A stretch of 64,000 nt of DNA from Anaeramoeba ignava BMAN. Taxonomy: Eukaryota > Protista > Anaeramoebae. This document shows positions 11,506 through 24,400 of this stretch, one piece after another. The stretch is taken from NCBI GenBank assembly GCA_028826165.1, contig JAPDFW010000067.1, positions 124,001 through 188,000 of the forward strand, given 5' to 3'. The notes under the pieces were generated by a model, which saw nothing but the letters and a program-made list of their open reading frames with translations, made no database searches and was not told the origin of the DNA. A program made the position numbers and the translations under genes. Every line of letters starts with the position of its first letter. Position 1 is the stretch's first letter.

Positions 11506-11903
11506 TTTTTTTTCCTTTTTTGAAAAATTATCTTTTGATTTTTTTTGTATGAATCTTTTCATATTCTTCTTCTTTTTTTTTTTAATATTTGATTTTTCTT
11601 TTTTTTTTTGTATTTCTTCTTTTTCAAAACCAAAACACAAACAATTTCAAAAACAAATTTCAAAAAACAAAAAAAAAAAAAAAAAGAACAAAAAGAAGAA
11701 CAAGAAAAATTTTTTTGTTTTCCTCTTTTCTTTTTTTTTTTAAAAATTTTTTTGGATTGAGATAATTTTGCTTTAATTGAGATTTTCTTTTCTTTTCTTT
11801 TAAAAGGAATTTGAAAAAGGAAAAACAATTTATTAATTTAACAATTAATTTTTTTTTTCATTTTTTTTTTCATTTAATAAAAAATTTAAAATAAAAAATT
11901 TAA

Positions 11904-13549
11904 ATGGATTATTATACTCATTCAAATCAAAATTTCAAGAATTTATTAAAAGAAGCTGAAATTTATTTAACGGCTTCACTTCAAAATCAACAACAAGAAA
12001 GAATAGATGATGCAGTTGTTTATCTTTCAAAAACACACAGAATTCTTCTTCATCTTGCTAAAATTTTTGATTTAGAAGAAGGAAGAAAATGGAGAAATAA
12101 ACTTCAAAATTTACTTGAAAAATCAAATCAAGAAAATCCAAATGATTCTTTATTTTCTGTTTCTCAAACTGATTATGATGAATTTAAACGTTTTCTTGTT
12201 GGTTTATCTCAATTTGGAGTGAATGGTAGAAGATTCACAAATTAAATTCAAATTCACATTTAAATTCAAATTCACAAATCAAATTCAATTCAAAATCAAT
12301 ATCAAATTCAAATTCACATTTAAATTTAAATTCAAATTCAAAATCAAATTCAAATTCAAATTCAAAATCTAATTCAAATTCAAATTCAAATTCAAATTCA
12401 AATTCAAATTCAAATTCAAATTCAAAATTAAAATTCAAAATCAAATTCAAATTCAAATTTAAATTCACAAATTCAAATCAAAATTCAAATTCAAAATTCA
12501 AATTCACAAATAATTCAAATTCAAATTCAAATTCAAAATTAAATTCAAAATCAAATTCACAAATAATTTAAATTCAAAATCAAAATCAAATTCAAATTCA
12601 AATTGAAATTCAAATTCAAATTCAAATTCAAATTTAAAATCAAATTCAAATTCACAAATAAAATTCAAATTCAAATTCAAATTTAAAATCAAATTCAAAT
12701 TCACAAATAAAATTCAAATTCAAAATTAAATTCAAATCAAAATTCAAATTCAAAATCAAATTCAAAATCAAATTCAAATTCAAAATCAAATTCAAATTCA
12801 AAATTTAAAATTCAAAATTCAAATTCAAATTTAAATTCAAATTCAAATTCAAATTCAAATTCAAATTTAAATTCAAATTCAAAATCAAATTCAAATTCAA
12901 ATTTAAATTCAAATTCAAAATTCAAAATCAAATTCACAAATAAAAATCAAATTCAAATTCAAATTTAAATTCAAATTCAAATTCAAATTCAAATTCAAAT
13001 TCAAATTCAAATTCAAATTCACAAATAAAATTCAAATTCAAATTCAAATTTAAAATCAAATTCAAATTCAAATTCACAAATAATTTAAAATCAAATTCAA
13101 ATTTAAATTCAAATTCAAATTCAAATTCAAATTCAAAATCAAAATCAAATTCAAATTCAATATCAATATCAATACCAAATTCAAAATTTAAAATTCAAAA
13201 TTCAAAATTTTGTTCCCCTTTTTTAATTTTTAGATCTTTCAAAAGTTTCAGAATTCATGGGAATTACTCAACAAAAAGCAAAAGAATTTCTTCTTGATTA
13301 CATTTTTCTTCTTAAACAACAAGGAAAAATTAGAGAAGCTTGCGTTGTAATTTTCTTTATAATTTTCTTTTTATTCAAATCATTCTTTATTTTTATCATT
13401 TTTAATTTTAGATTGCAATTAAAGCAAATTTAATTTCGGAAAATTTTTTTTTTGATGAAAAAGAAAAAGAAAAAGAAAAAGAAAAAGAAAATGAAATAGA
13501 AGAAGAAATAGAAATAGAAATAGAAGAAGAAATAGAAAAGAAAAACTAA
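11904..13549 (+). CDS. SSXT/SNH (SS18/GIF-like) domain plus SANT/Myb-like domain protein, 3 exons
   Basis: LLKEAEIYL...QNQQQ.R.DDAV.Y...HRILLHLAKIFD fits the SSXT pattern; EFKRFLVGLSQFGVN|DLSKVSEFMG fits SANT; introns 12226-13233 and ~13347-13411. Confidence 0.65.
12245..13205 (+). repeat. (AAATTC)n hexamer satellite filling intron 1 of the SSXT-SANT gene
   Basis: Direct inspection; flanked by GT at 12226 and TAG at 13231-13233. Confidence 0.9.
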
Positions 13550-13620
13550 CAATTATCAAAAACTAAAACTTATAAAATTCACATATTTATATGTATTATT
13601 TAAAAAATTATTTTTCTTCT

Positions 13621-15381
13621 TCAATATTTTTTATTATTTATTAATTTAAAAAAAAATCCAACTTTGTTCGTATTTTTCTTTAAATTGATTTAAAATTAAA
13701 TCAGTCAAAAAATAAAAAACAATTCCAAGAAAAATAGATATAGGTAAAGCTGGTAATGCTTTTTCATATACAACCAAAAAGAAAAGAGTTATTGTTAATC
13801 CCTATTTTGATTTAAACAAAAAAAATTTATTTTTTAAAATTATTTAAATCAAAATTAAAAGTTCATTTTATTTAAAAAAAAAGATTTACTGTTAAAATTC
13901 CAATAAAAGTAATAAAAACAGTCAAATAACTTGAAAAACAAGCAAGAGACATTAGAAGACTATAAAATATAAAATCACCTAATCCAAGTTTAATTCTTGA
14001 TTCAGAAAAATTTTGAATAAATTCTTGATTATTTTCTGTTCCACAAAAAAAAATTTTTTTTTTTTTGGATCAAATTAATAAAAAAATTTAATTGAAAAAT
14101 TAATTTTCTTTTTTAAAACCATTTTTTAGATCAAATTCATTAATTGGTCTAACAATTAATCTTCTTAATTCCTCATTTTCATCTTCACTAATTGATTCTT
14201 TTTCTTTTTCTTTTTCATTTTCTTTTTCTTTCTTTTTTGGATTATTTTCTTTATCAAAATTTGTACTAAATATCCAAGCAGCAGCTAAAGAGAAAATTAA
14301 AAAAAAAAAGGATTTCTAATTAAAATCTAAATTTTAAATTTTTAATTTTTAATTTAATTAAATTACAAGAATAAATTAAAAAAGGAAGTTGTTGATCTGC
14401 TTTCACTGCTTCATCTATTAACATTTTTAAAGGACCTTTTGAAGATAAAACTGCGAAAATATCTTTTATTTTTTTTCAAAAAAAAAAAAACAAACAAAAA
14501 ATTTAATTTTAATAATTTAAATAAAAATGTCAGAAAAATTTTTTTTGATTTTTTACCATAAAATGAAATTAAAATTAAAAGAATCCAATTTGTTGTTTTT
14601 GGTAATTTTGCAAGAATAGAAGCTAAAAGAACACTAAATATAATCAAATATCCCTGACTTATCCATTTTGGTCCATGCCAAAACATCGTTAATATTCCAA
14701 CAACAGAAAAGTTATAAATAAGCATTACAAATGAAATCCAGTCAATTCCAAGATTAAAAATTTGTAAAATGTCCCTAAAAAGAGAAAAAAATCAAATTTT
14801 TTTTTTTTCCTAAATTTTTCTTGTTGGCAATAATTAAGGAATAAATACAGAAAAGAAGAAGCAGAAAAAAACAAAAGCATTCCAAATGTTGACAGTATTA
14901 ACCAATATAAAAGTATTTTATAACATTTAAGTTTAAAAAGTATTAGAAAAATGATAGTTGTTGCAAATATCAACCCAACAATAAATAAAGCAAGTTCCCA
15001 ATCATTTAGGTTAAAATTATTGGTTGAATTGTTTAAGTTTGATTTAAATACAGGAATACTATTAAATCCTTGTTTTGGACTTCCATTTGAGTTTTCACCT
15101 GAAATGTAAATTGATTCAATGAAAAAAGCAACAAGAATCATTGTAATTGAAACAGGGATTAGAACCCATTTAAGTTTTTTTGAAATCAATTCGATAAATA
15201 ATGTTGGTTGGAATTTCCTCATTAAATATTCTGATTGACGAAATAAAATTTCATCTGAATTTATATTTTGATTTTGATTTTGATTTTGATTTTGATTTTG
15301 ATTTTGATTTTCATTTAAATTTTGATTTAAATTTATATTTTGATTTTGATTTTGATTTTGATTTTGATTTTGATTTGTCAT
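13621..15381 (-). CDS. PSEN: Presenilin (gamma-secretase catalytic subunit, GxGD aspartyl protease), multi-exon
   Basis: Spliced translation gives ISFY|DIFAVLSSKGPLKML, KLGLGDFIFYSLL and KALPALPISI; LFKLKCYK and WHGPKWISQGYL are also typical. Confidence 0.93.
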
Positions 15382-15468
15382 TGAAAAAAATGAAAAAGAA
15401 AAAAATGAGAAAAAAATGAAAAAAAAAATTTGGTTTTCTTTTTTATTAAAAAATTCAATAAAAAAAAA

Positions 15469-18400
15469 TTAATTCAAAACAGGATTTTTCAAATTTCCAA
15501 TTAGTAAATGACCATCACAAAGTCCACCAACAATAAATTTTTCATCAAAATTAAGAATCAAAGAAGTAATTGATTTTCCAAAAGAAAATTTTCTGAAAAT
15601 TTTTAAATTTTTCAAGAAAATAAAACGAACAAAACCATCACGATTCCCAGTAACAAGAAATTCGCCATCATTAGTAAGGAACCAAGAAGAAACACTTTCA
15701 GATAAGGAAACATTATTGATTAATTTCCCATTTATATCAAAAAGGAAAATGACAAATTTTTGGGAATTTTCTGAAAATATTAAAATATCTCCATTTTGTG
15801 TAATTTCAATTGATTGAGGAATTAATTTTTTTGGAAGATGAAATGTGTTCATGTGTCTGCCTCTTAATAAACTATGAATATTTATCATTCCATCTTCAGA
15901 ACATGAAACTAAAACATTAAAATCTCTTTTAAGCGCAATATAAGTTATTGGTGAATTATGACAACTTAAAAAGTATTTTGGAGTGAATTCTTCATTTTCA
16001 GAAATCTCCCAAATACAAATACTCAAATCACGTGAGCCTGTCACTAAATAAGGCTCATCTAAAGCAATACATGTAACAATGTCATTGTGAAAAAAAATTC
16101 TTTTATGAAACATTAAATTTTCAATATCAAAAATTTTGAATGTGTTGTCTGAATATCCACAACATATAATCCATTTTTGGTTATCAGAAACAACAATTCT
16201 GTTTGTGAAAATAGCCTTTTCATTTTGTGGAATTGGGATTGCTATTCTAAATCTATTTAATTTTAAAATATTTAATTTTTAATTTTAAAATATTTAATTT
16301 TTAATTTTAAAATATTTAATTTTTAATTTTAAAATATTTAATTTTGAATTTTTAAAATATTTAATTTTGGATTTTGAAAATTTTTTACCCTTTTGAAATA
16401 TCTTTTGAAAATGTGAAATTAAATTCACTATTTTCTCGAATTGTATATAAAGAATGAAAAGCTAAATTTCCTTGACGATCTAATGTAATAAATTTTTCAT
16501 TCATCCCTAAAAAGGTAAGATGTTTTGATGATCTTAAAAATCGAAGAAAAATTATTGGTTGAGAAGAAATCAAAGCATCATTGATAAAAAAGTTATTTGT
16601 TGAAAGCCAAGGATGAAGAGGAGAAATTCTCGGATTTCTTTTTGGATGAGGAGATGAAAAAAGTTGTAAAGGAAATCCAGATAAAAGCTTTTTTTTTGAA
16701 GATTCTATTGACTCATTTTCTTGTTGATTGATTTCCGTTTTTGTGATTGAATCATCTTTTTTTTGTTGGAAATTAATCTGAATATCTTGTGATTGATTGC
16801 ATCCAAATATTAAATCAATCCATTCATTTAGATGTTGAGATACAAATTCTGATTCTAGTAGAAAACGATGCACATAAATAAATTCATTTGTATTATTTGC
16901 CCAATTTGGTAAATTAACATTTTCCAATTTAAATGATTTTTTATAATGAAAATTCTCATCATCATCATCATTATTATTATCATTATTATTATTATTATTA
17001 TTTTTCTCTTCTTCTCGATTATATGATGTTTCTTCAAGAAAGTCTCTTAAATAAAAAAACTCAGGTGTTAATTCACTTCCAAAATTTTCCCAAGATTCTT
17101 GAATTGAAACTAAAATATTTCCATTTGTTTCTCCATTTTTCTTCTCTTTCCTCAACCAACACGAGGTAAATGGCTCAACTCTACATAGAAAATGAACAAC
17201 AGAATCTAAAAAAAAAAACAAATATTAGTCATTTAATAGAAAAAAAACCAACAACTTTGTTTTCTCATTTGCTTAAATTTTATAATAATAAATCATTTAC
17301 CTGAATTTAAATTTGAATGAAATGATAAATCTTCGTTTAATTGTTTTTTTTCATTTCGATATTGATAAATAGATTTGGATAAATCTCGATAAATTTTTGG
17401 ATCGTTATGATCAATATCTTCAGATTTGTAATCGGAAATAATCCAAGGAAAAATGGGATATTGTGAAGTATCATGAAAGGATCTTCCAGCAAAAGTATTT
17501 AATTCCATCAAATAATCAAAGTTTGTCATTTCATGTCTTTGCCATTTTTTTGTAATTTTGGATTTTTTCAAATTTGAAATGAAATCTTTTTGTTCAACAA
17601 TGTTGATCTGTGGGAAATGATGATTTATATCTTTTAGAAATTGGTCTCTTATTTGTGGAGCAGAATCAAAATAAATGAATAGTGTCAAAGTTTTCTGTAA
17701 AAGAAAAATCTCAACACCAGAATCTTTTAAACGATAATATCTTGTGTGTATTTCGCAAATATCGATGATATTCCAAGAGTAATATTTGTGTATTTTGATA
17801 AGAATATCATTCGGGTATCTTTTAGTTGCTGCATGAATATCCGGGAAGAAGAAAAGAGATTCTGAAGTTAATACCAAATTTCCTGGTAAACAGAATTTAG
17901 CAGATATTTTTTCACAATGAACATTAAATATAACATTTTCAATTTTAGGTATCTTTTCTATTACTGCTTGCTTTTTTTGATTTTGTTTCATATTTTCGGA
18001 ACAAACTTTCATTCTTCTTCTTTTGAAATCTTCGTAATTGCAAATTTTTTTTATAGTTGGTTGTTTGAAAGGCTTTTCAGAACCCCAAACTGTTCCATAA
18101 TGATGAAGGGAATGTAAAATTTCGATCCATTTTTCCCACGCAATTTGCTGCTGTTGAATTGAATTATCCAAATATGTTTTGAAATTTTGTTGCTGTTCCG
18201 AAATTAATTGATTCATTTTTTCTTTAGCTGCTTGATAAATTTTCCGATATTCTTTTTTCTGTTTTAAGAGAAGTAATTTTTTATTATTTTCACTATTATC
18301 ATCTGAAGTAGTGATATCATTATTATCAAGAATATTTTGATTTTGATTTTGATTTTGATTTTGATTTTGATTTATATTTTCATTTTGATTTAAATTTATA

Positions 18401-21400
18401 TTTTCATTTTCATTTTCATTTTCATTTATATTTTCATTTTTCGGAATTCTTTTTTTAATCCTTTCTTCTCTTTGAAATTGAATTTGTGATTGAATTTTCT
18501 CAAAATATTTGTTTTCAATATAGTCAAAATCAATTGTTTCAATATTTTCAGGATTCAAACTAAAAATGGATTCTCCGTTTTCATCTGTTATATTTTGTGA
18601 AAGAAAATCGTAATTTTCAATGATAATTTGTTGTAATGTGTTTGTAAATGCTGAGAATTTTTGATCATCGACATGTTGATTTTGTGATTTTGGAATGAGA
18701 AGATATTCTCGATATTTTTCGAGTATAAAAAGAATTTTATAGAGAGATTGAACAACAAGATTTTGCACAAATGAACGGTCTTTCATTTTTCGAAAGTATA
18801 TATAATGCAATAGTGGGAGGTTAAATATTGTTTCATAATAATCTTCTGAATCAGCACCTTGTAAAATTAGATCAGAAACTATTTGCAAAAACATACGAGC
18901 TTGATCTGTATTTTCGAATGATATTCCCTTTTTATAAAACACAGAAACAGAATTCAAGAAGTTAATGCAATCAGAAAAAAGACGAAGAGATAGATTATCG
19001 ATGCTTCTTTGGTGTTCGTCTTGCTGGGGTAGAAGTATAAATTTTTCAGAATTATAAAGTTCGATTAATTGAAGAAGTGTGAATATATTTCTTTTAAAAT
19101 TTTTATATGTAGTGTTTGATTCTAGTGATTTTTGTATTAGTTTCAGATCGTTTTTCCATTGCAAAGAAATGAAATCTTTGAGTTTGCTCAATATTGCAAT
19201 GAAAAGCAAATTAAAGAAATCGCTGGTTTTGATTTTGGGCAAATATGATAACGATGATGAAATTTCATGAACAATTTGATCAGGTTCTGAATTATGGATG
19301 AAATCGAAAACAATGATTTGCGAGAAAATGTTAATTACTAAGATGTTGAATTTTTGGTCGAGCTGAATCTGATTCATTGAAAGAAAGTCATTTTCTTTGA
19401 ATTGGATATTTGCGAACATTTCTTCTAATAAAGATATATCAATCAATTCAAAGTTAATTCGGCTGAGTAATGAAGAAACCCAGTTTTGTTGATTTCGGAA
19501 ATATTTTTGATTTTGGTTGTTTGTTGTGATCCATAATAAAAGCTGTTGCAAACACAAAACTTCGCTTGAACCTTTGTTTTTTTGGACAAGAATCAGTAAT
19601 GTCTTGAAGAATTCAGGAAATTGGATTGAACTCGAACGAAGATTTTGAGGTTGATTTTCTGGATTCATTAAATACGAAAGAGTAACGAATATTTTGGTTG
19701 TCAAGGTATATTTGCTTAGATTAGAATGGATCTCATCAATAAAATATTGGAATATCGAGTATATTTTGATTGATGATTTATTTTGGTTGAAAAAATTGAA
19801 AATTTCTGATATCATTTGAAGACTGAGCTCTCTTATTCTATTGTTTGAATTGTCAAGAAAAGGAACCAAGAAAGTGAAGTAGTTCATAGACTTAAGGATC
19901 GACTGAAATTCATTTGGAGTTTGTTGGAAAAGACGAGTAGCAATGTGTAAAAATTCTTGGATCAGCTCATCGTTTTTGATTGCATGACAAGAAACAATGA
20001 TTTGAAGGAATTGGTTAGTTTCAAAATTAACAAGTAATTCCAAGCAGTGTATATATCTGTTTCTAATTTGAGAAACTTCCGATTTTGTGAGTAAATTTTT
20101 TGTTTGTTGTTGGTTAAGTATAAATTTGTCGAAATAATTTGCGATATTTTTATTTGAATATTTTTGCGAATCAATCTCGAAGAAATTATAAAGCAAAAAC
20201 AGCAAATCTTGAGCTTGGAATAGAGACGGATAAATTGAGATCAGCATCAAAATAATTTGAGAAATACGATTCTTAAAGTCGAAAGTTGTGAACTTGTAAA
20301 TCTGGTAGTTCAATAGCAAATCATGGATCATTTGCAGATGAAAAGATTCCTCACGAATTGTTGTTGGAAGTAAGTTTTGGATTGGATGCAGAATCTCCAT
20401 TTGTATTTTGGTTGAGTCCAATTGAGAAAACAATAAACTGATGATTTTGAATCCCGAAATTTGAATCATTTGTTCCCGAAGTCTTGGGCTTGTAGATAAA
20501 AACACGCAAAGCAACTCGAAAGATTTCTCAATAAATTGGGAAGAATTGTTTGTTCTACCAAAAAGTGGGAAGAAAATGATAATGCCGCCTAATGAATATA
20601 TTTCGTCTTGATTTCGATAGAATTTACAAGGTAAAGTATCTGAAAGAGCTGATTGAATTTGGTTCATGTGGAAATTATAGTTAATTTCGTTGTTATAATA
20701 TTTAGGATTGTAGTTGATAATAACTTGTGAAAATATATTTGTACAGTTTCCATCCAATTCTGAATGTGATATGAAAACTAAACAAGGTTTGATTTTTTGG
20801 ATTGTTTCATTGTTCAAAGAAGAGTTAAAAAGAAAAAAAGCTCCAACTTGCAAATTGCAATTACAACTATTATCGTTATCGTCTTCATTCCCTTTTCTTT
20901 TTTCTTTTCTTTTTTTTTCTATACTTGATAATTTTGTTCCAATCCTATTAAATAAAAGATTATTATCGAATTGAGGATATGCTAATTTTCCTGAATAAAT
21001 GCATTTTTCATTTATATAAAAATGGAAGTTTTTTGTGGAATGTGAAGAGTTTTTATGAACAAGACAAAACGAAACCCATTCATTGAAAAAAAGTAAAGAA
21101 TTGATTTTGAAATATTCTGTAAATTTTATAGTCTTGATTGTTATAGAAAGCATAAAAGAGTTATGATTTGAATTATTTGATTCTTTCTCAATACAAATTT
21201 CTATTCCATTTTTCTGTGAATCATAAAAAGATATTAACGGGAATGTGGCGATTTCATTGAGTTTAGTCATTTGAAAAAAGCAATAAATAGAATATCCATT
21301 TGGAGGCCAGATGATAATTTTTGGAAGTTTCAAAAAACTTGAATTTTTATTCAAATCAAAAAAATATTGTGGGCCATTCCATAAGATTTTCGAAGATTCA

Positions 21401-24400
21401 ATTAAAATATCTAACATCTTGATTGAATTATTTAAATTTTTCTTGCGTGATTTTTTGATGAATTTAAAAATTGATTTAATATTTGAAGATGAAAATCCAA
21501 GTCTAGAAAATACATGAATAAGTTTGAAAATTTTCTGTGCAATTAAATTAGAATCAATATCCATATTAATTTTCAATAAAACTTCTAATAAGAAATTTAT
21601 TAATTTAGGAATTGTACATTTTGTGATGTTTTGAAAATTATTTTGGCAAAGAAAAATGATTATATCTATAAATTTAGGAAATGCATTGAGTTGAAAATTG
21701 AATTTTTCATTTTCATTTTCATTTAAATTTATATTTTCATTTTGATTTTGATTTTGATTTTGATTTAAATTTATATTTTCATTTTGATTTTGATTTTGAT
21801 TTTCATTTAAATTTATATTTTGATTTTGATTTTCATTTTCATTTTGATTTAAATTTATATTTTCATTTTCATTTTCATTTTCATTTTCATTTTCATTTTC
21901 ATTTTCATTTTCATTTTCATTTTCATTTTCATTTTCATTTTCATTTAAATTTATATTTTCATTTTGATTTTGATTTTCATTTTCATTTTCATTTTCATTT
22001 TGATTTTGATTTTGATTTAAATTTATATTTTCATTTTCATTTTCATTTTCATTTTCATTTTGATTTTCATTTTGATTTATATTTTCATTTTCATTTTCAT
22101 TTTGATTTTGATTTTGATTTTCATTTTCATTTTCATTTTCATTTTCATTTTCATTTTCATTTTGATTTTGATTTTGATTTTGATTTTCATTTTGATTTTC
22201 ATTTTGATTTTCATTTTGATTTTCATTTTGATTTTCATTTTGATTTTCATTTTGATTTTCATTTTCATTATTTATGTGGATTGTTTTCTCTATTGGAATA
22301 AAATGAACAAAAATTTTCATTAAAATTAAAATCACTTCTGCATATTTAATCAAATAAGATTGTTCAAAACTTTTTCCACTTTCTAATTCTTTTAATTTTA
22401 ATAATTCTTTTGATTTTAATAATTCATCATCTTGCAAAAATAATTGAAAAAATATTGAATAAATCCAATTTGCAAGATTTTCTTCTGATGAGTTTTGTAT
22501 TATTAATGTATAAATTGATTCTGCAAATAAATCGAATCCAATTTCATAATCAAATACGGAAAAATAAGGTTTGTTTTGACGAAAAAGTTCGATTAAAAAT
22601 AAAATGGATTTTTTCTTAATTTTCAAAGGAAATGGTGAATTAAGAATTTCCATAATTAAAAAAGAAGAATTTTGATCAATAAATTTGGATTGGAAAAATT
22701 TGTGATTTTCAGGATTAATTATTGTTAAAACTTTTGTTGCAATAGACAATAAATCCGAAAGTTGATTATTTAAATGAGATGTTTGGTTCTCTTTTTTGGA
22801 ATATAAAATTGTCATTTTTATTTCATTAGTTAAGTGCTCTGTCAAAAATTCCTGAGGAAAATCATTTGTATAATTTGCAAAAAGAGAATTAATTGAATCC
22901 TTTCCAAATTGGCGTGATTCATCCGTTTTAAGAAACTCGAAAACAAGAGAAAGTGTTTTTCGATTGCTATAAAACCATTTTGATAATAATTCTTCTTTAA
23001 TAAAACCGTGAATAATTTCAAAAGCAATTTTGCGTATTTGAATAATTTGCTCTCGGTCATATTGCTCTAGATTGATTTGCAAAAGCCAAAGACAAGTTTC
23101 TGTAAATGAATTAAAAATATCATGAATTTTAGGGAAAATTTTTGTCAAATCATTTTTTAAGGTTTGTATCAGAACAAATAATAAGTTCATTAAATCGGAG
23201 AGAATTTGGATGTTATTATGAAATTTGCAAATCATATTAAAAAGCATATTAAATTCTTTATCAAGATTTTTTTGGTTTTGAAAAACTAAAGTAAAAAATT
23301 GAAATACTTCCTTTTTAAGTTGGGAAAAAGCATTTTGTTCTTGAGTATTTGATTTCCAATTCTAATTTTTTTTAGTAAAAGAGAAAAGAAAAGAAATATT
23401 TTTCAATTTTGTTGTGAAAAAATAAAAAAAATAAAGAAAGTATAATTCAAAAATACTGGGTTCATTTCTGGATAAAAATACGGAGAAAGTATCAAATCAT
23501 AATAGTCGAAATTTTGCAAAGTATTAAAAATATCTTTTGATAAACAACTTGAAAATAATTGAATAATAAAAAGTTGCAAAGCTGGATCTTTTGTTTCTAA
23601 CAGAAAATTTGGGAATTCAATCTGATGAATATTTCTTTTTGTAGTGAAAAGAGATAAACAAATAACTGGAATTCTTTCTCTTAATCCTTTATATTGATAA
23701 TCAGTACAAATAGAACGATCAATTTCTGGAATTTTGATTTGGATTTTTTGGGAAAATATTTTAATATTAAAACTTTCATCAATAAAATGTTTGAGTTGTT
23801 GGAATAAGTGATCTAAATAAGGATGTGAAGTTGCAAAATGAATATTTTGGGTTTTTTGGATTTTATTTTTGTTTTGAGAATCTGAGGTTTCTAATAAAAA
23901 TGATAAAAAAAATTAATTATATATATATATTAAAATTGAATATTAATGTGCTTTTTAAATTTAATCACCTTTTTGTGTTATATTTTCAGCATTAGAAGAT
24001 ATTAATGGTGAATTTGGATGTAAATAAAAATGTGAAAAAACCCAAAGCAAAAAATTTTCAAGATTTGAAAATTCTAAAGAATTTGCAATTTTATATTCAA
24101 TAATATATTTTTGAGAAATTTCATCTGAAGAATTTGAATTATCAACATGAATAGATTCATAAACAAATCTCAATATAGATAACTTAAGATTCCATTCATT
24201 TTTTTCATATTCCAGAAAATTAGGTGCACTATTATTTTGACTAGAATCATCATTTTGATTAAATTCATTAAATTCATTATTTTCATTATTTTCATTATTT
24301 TCATTATTTTGATTATTTTGATTATTTTGATTATTTTGATTATTTTGATTATTTTGATTATTTTTATTATTTTCATTATTTTCATTATTTTCATTATTTT

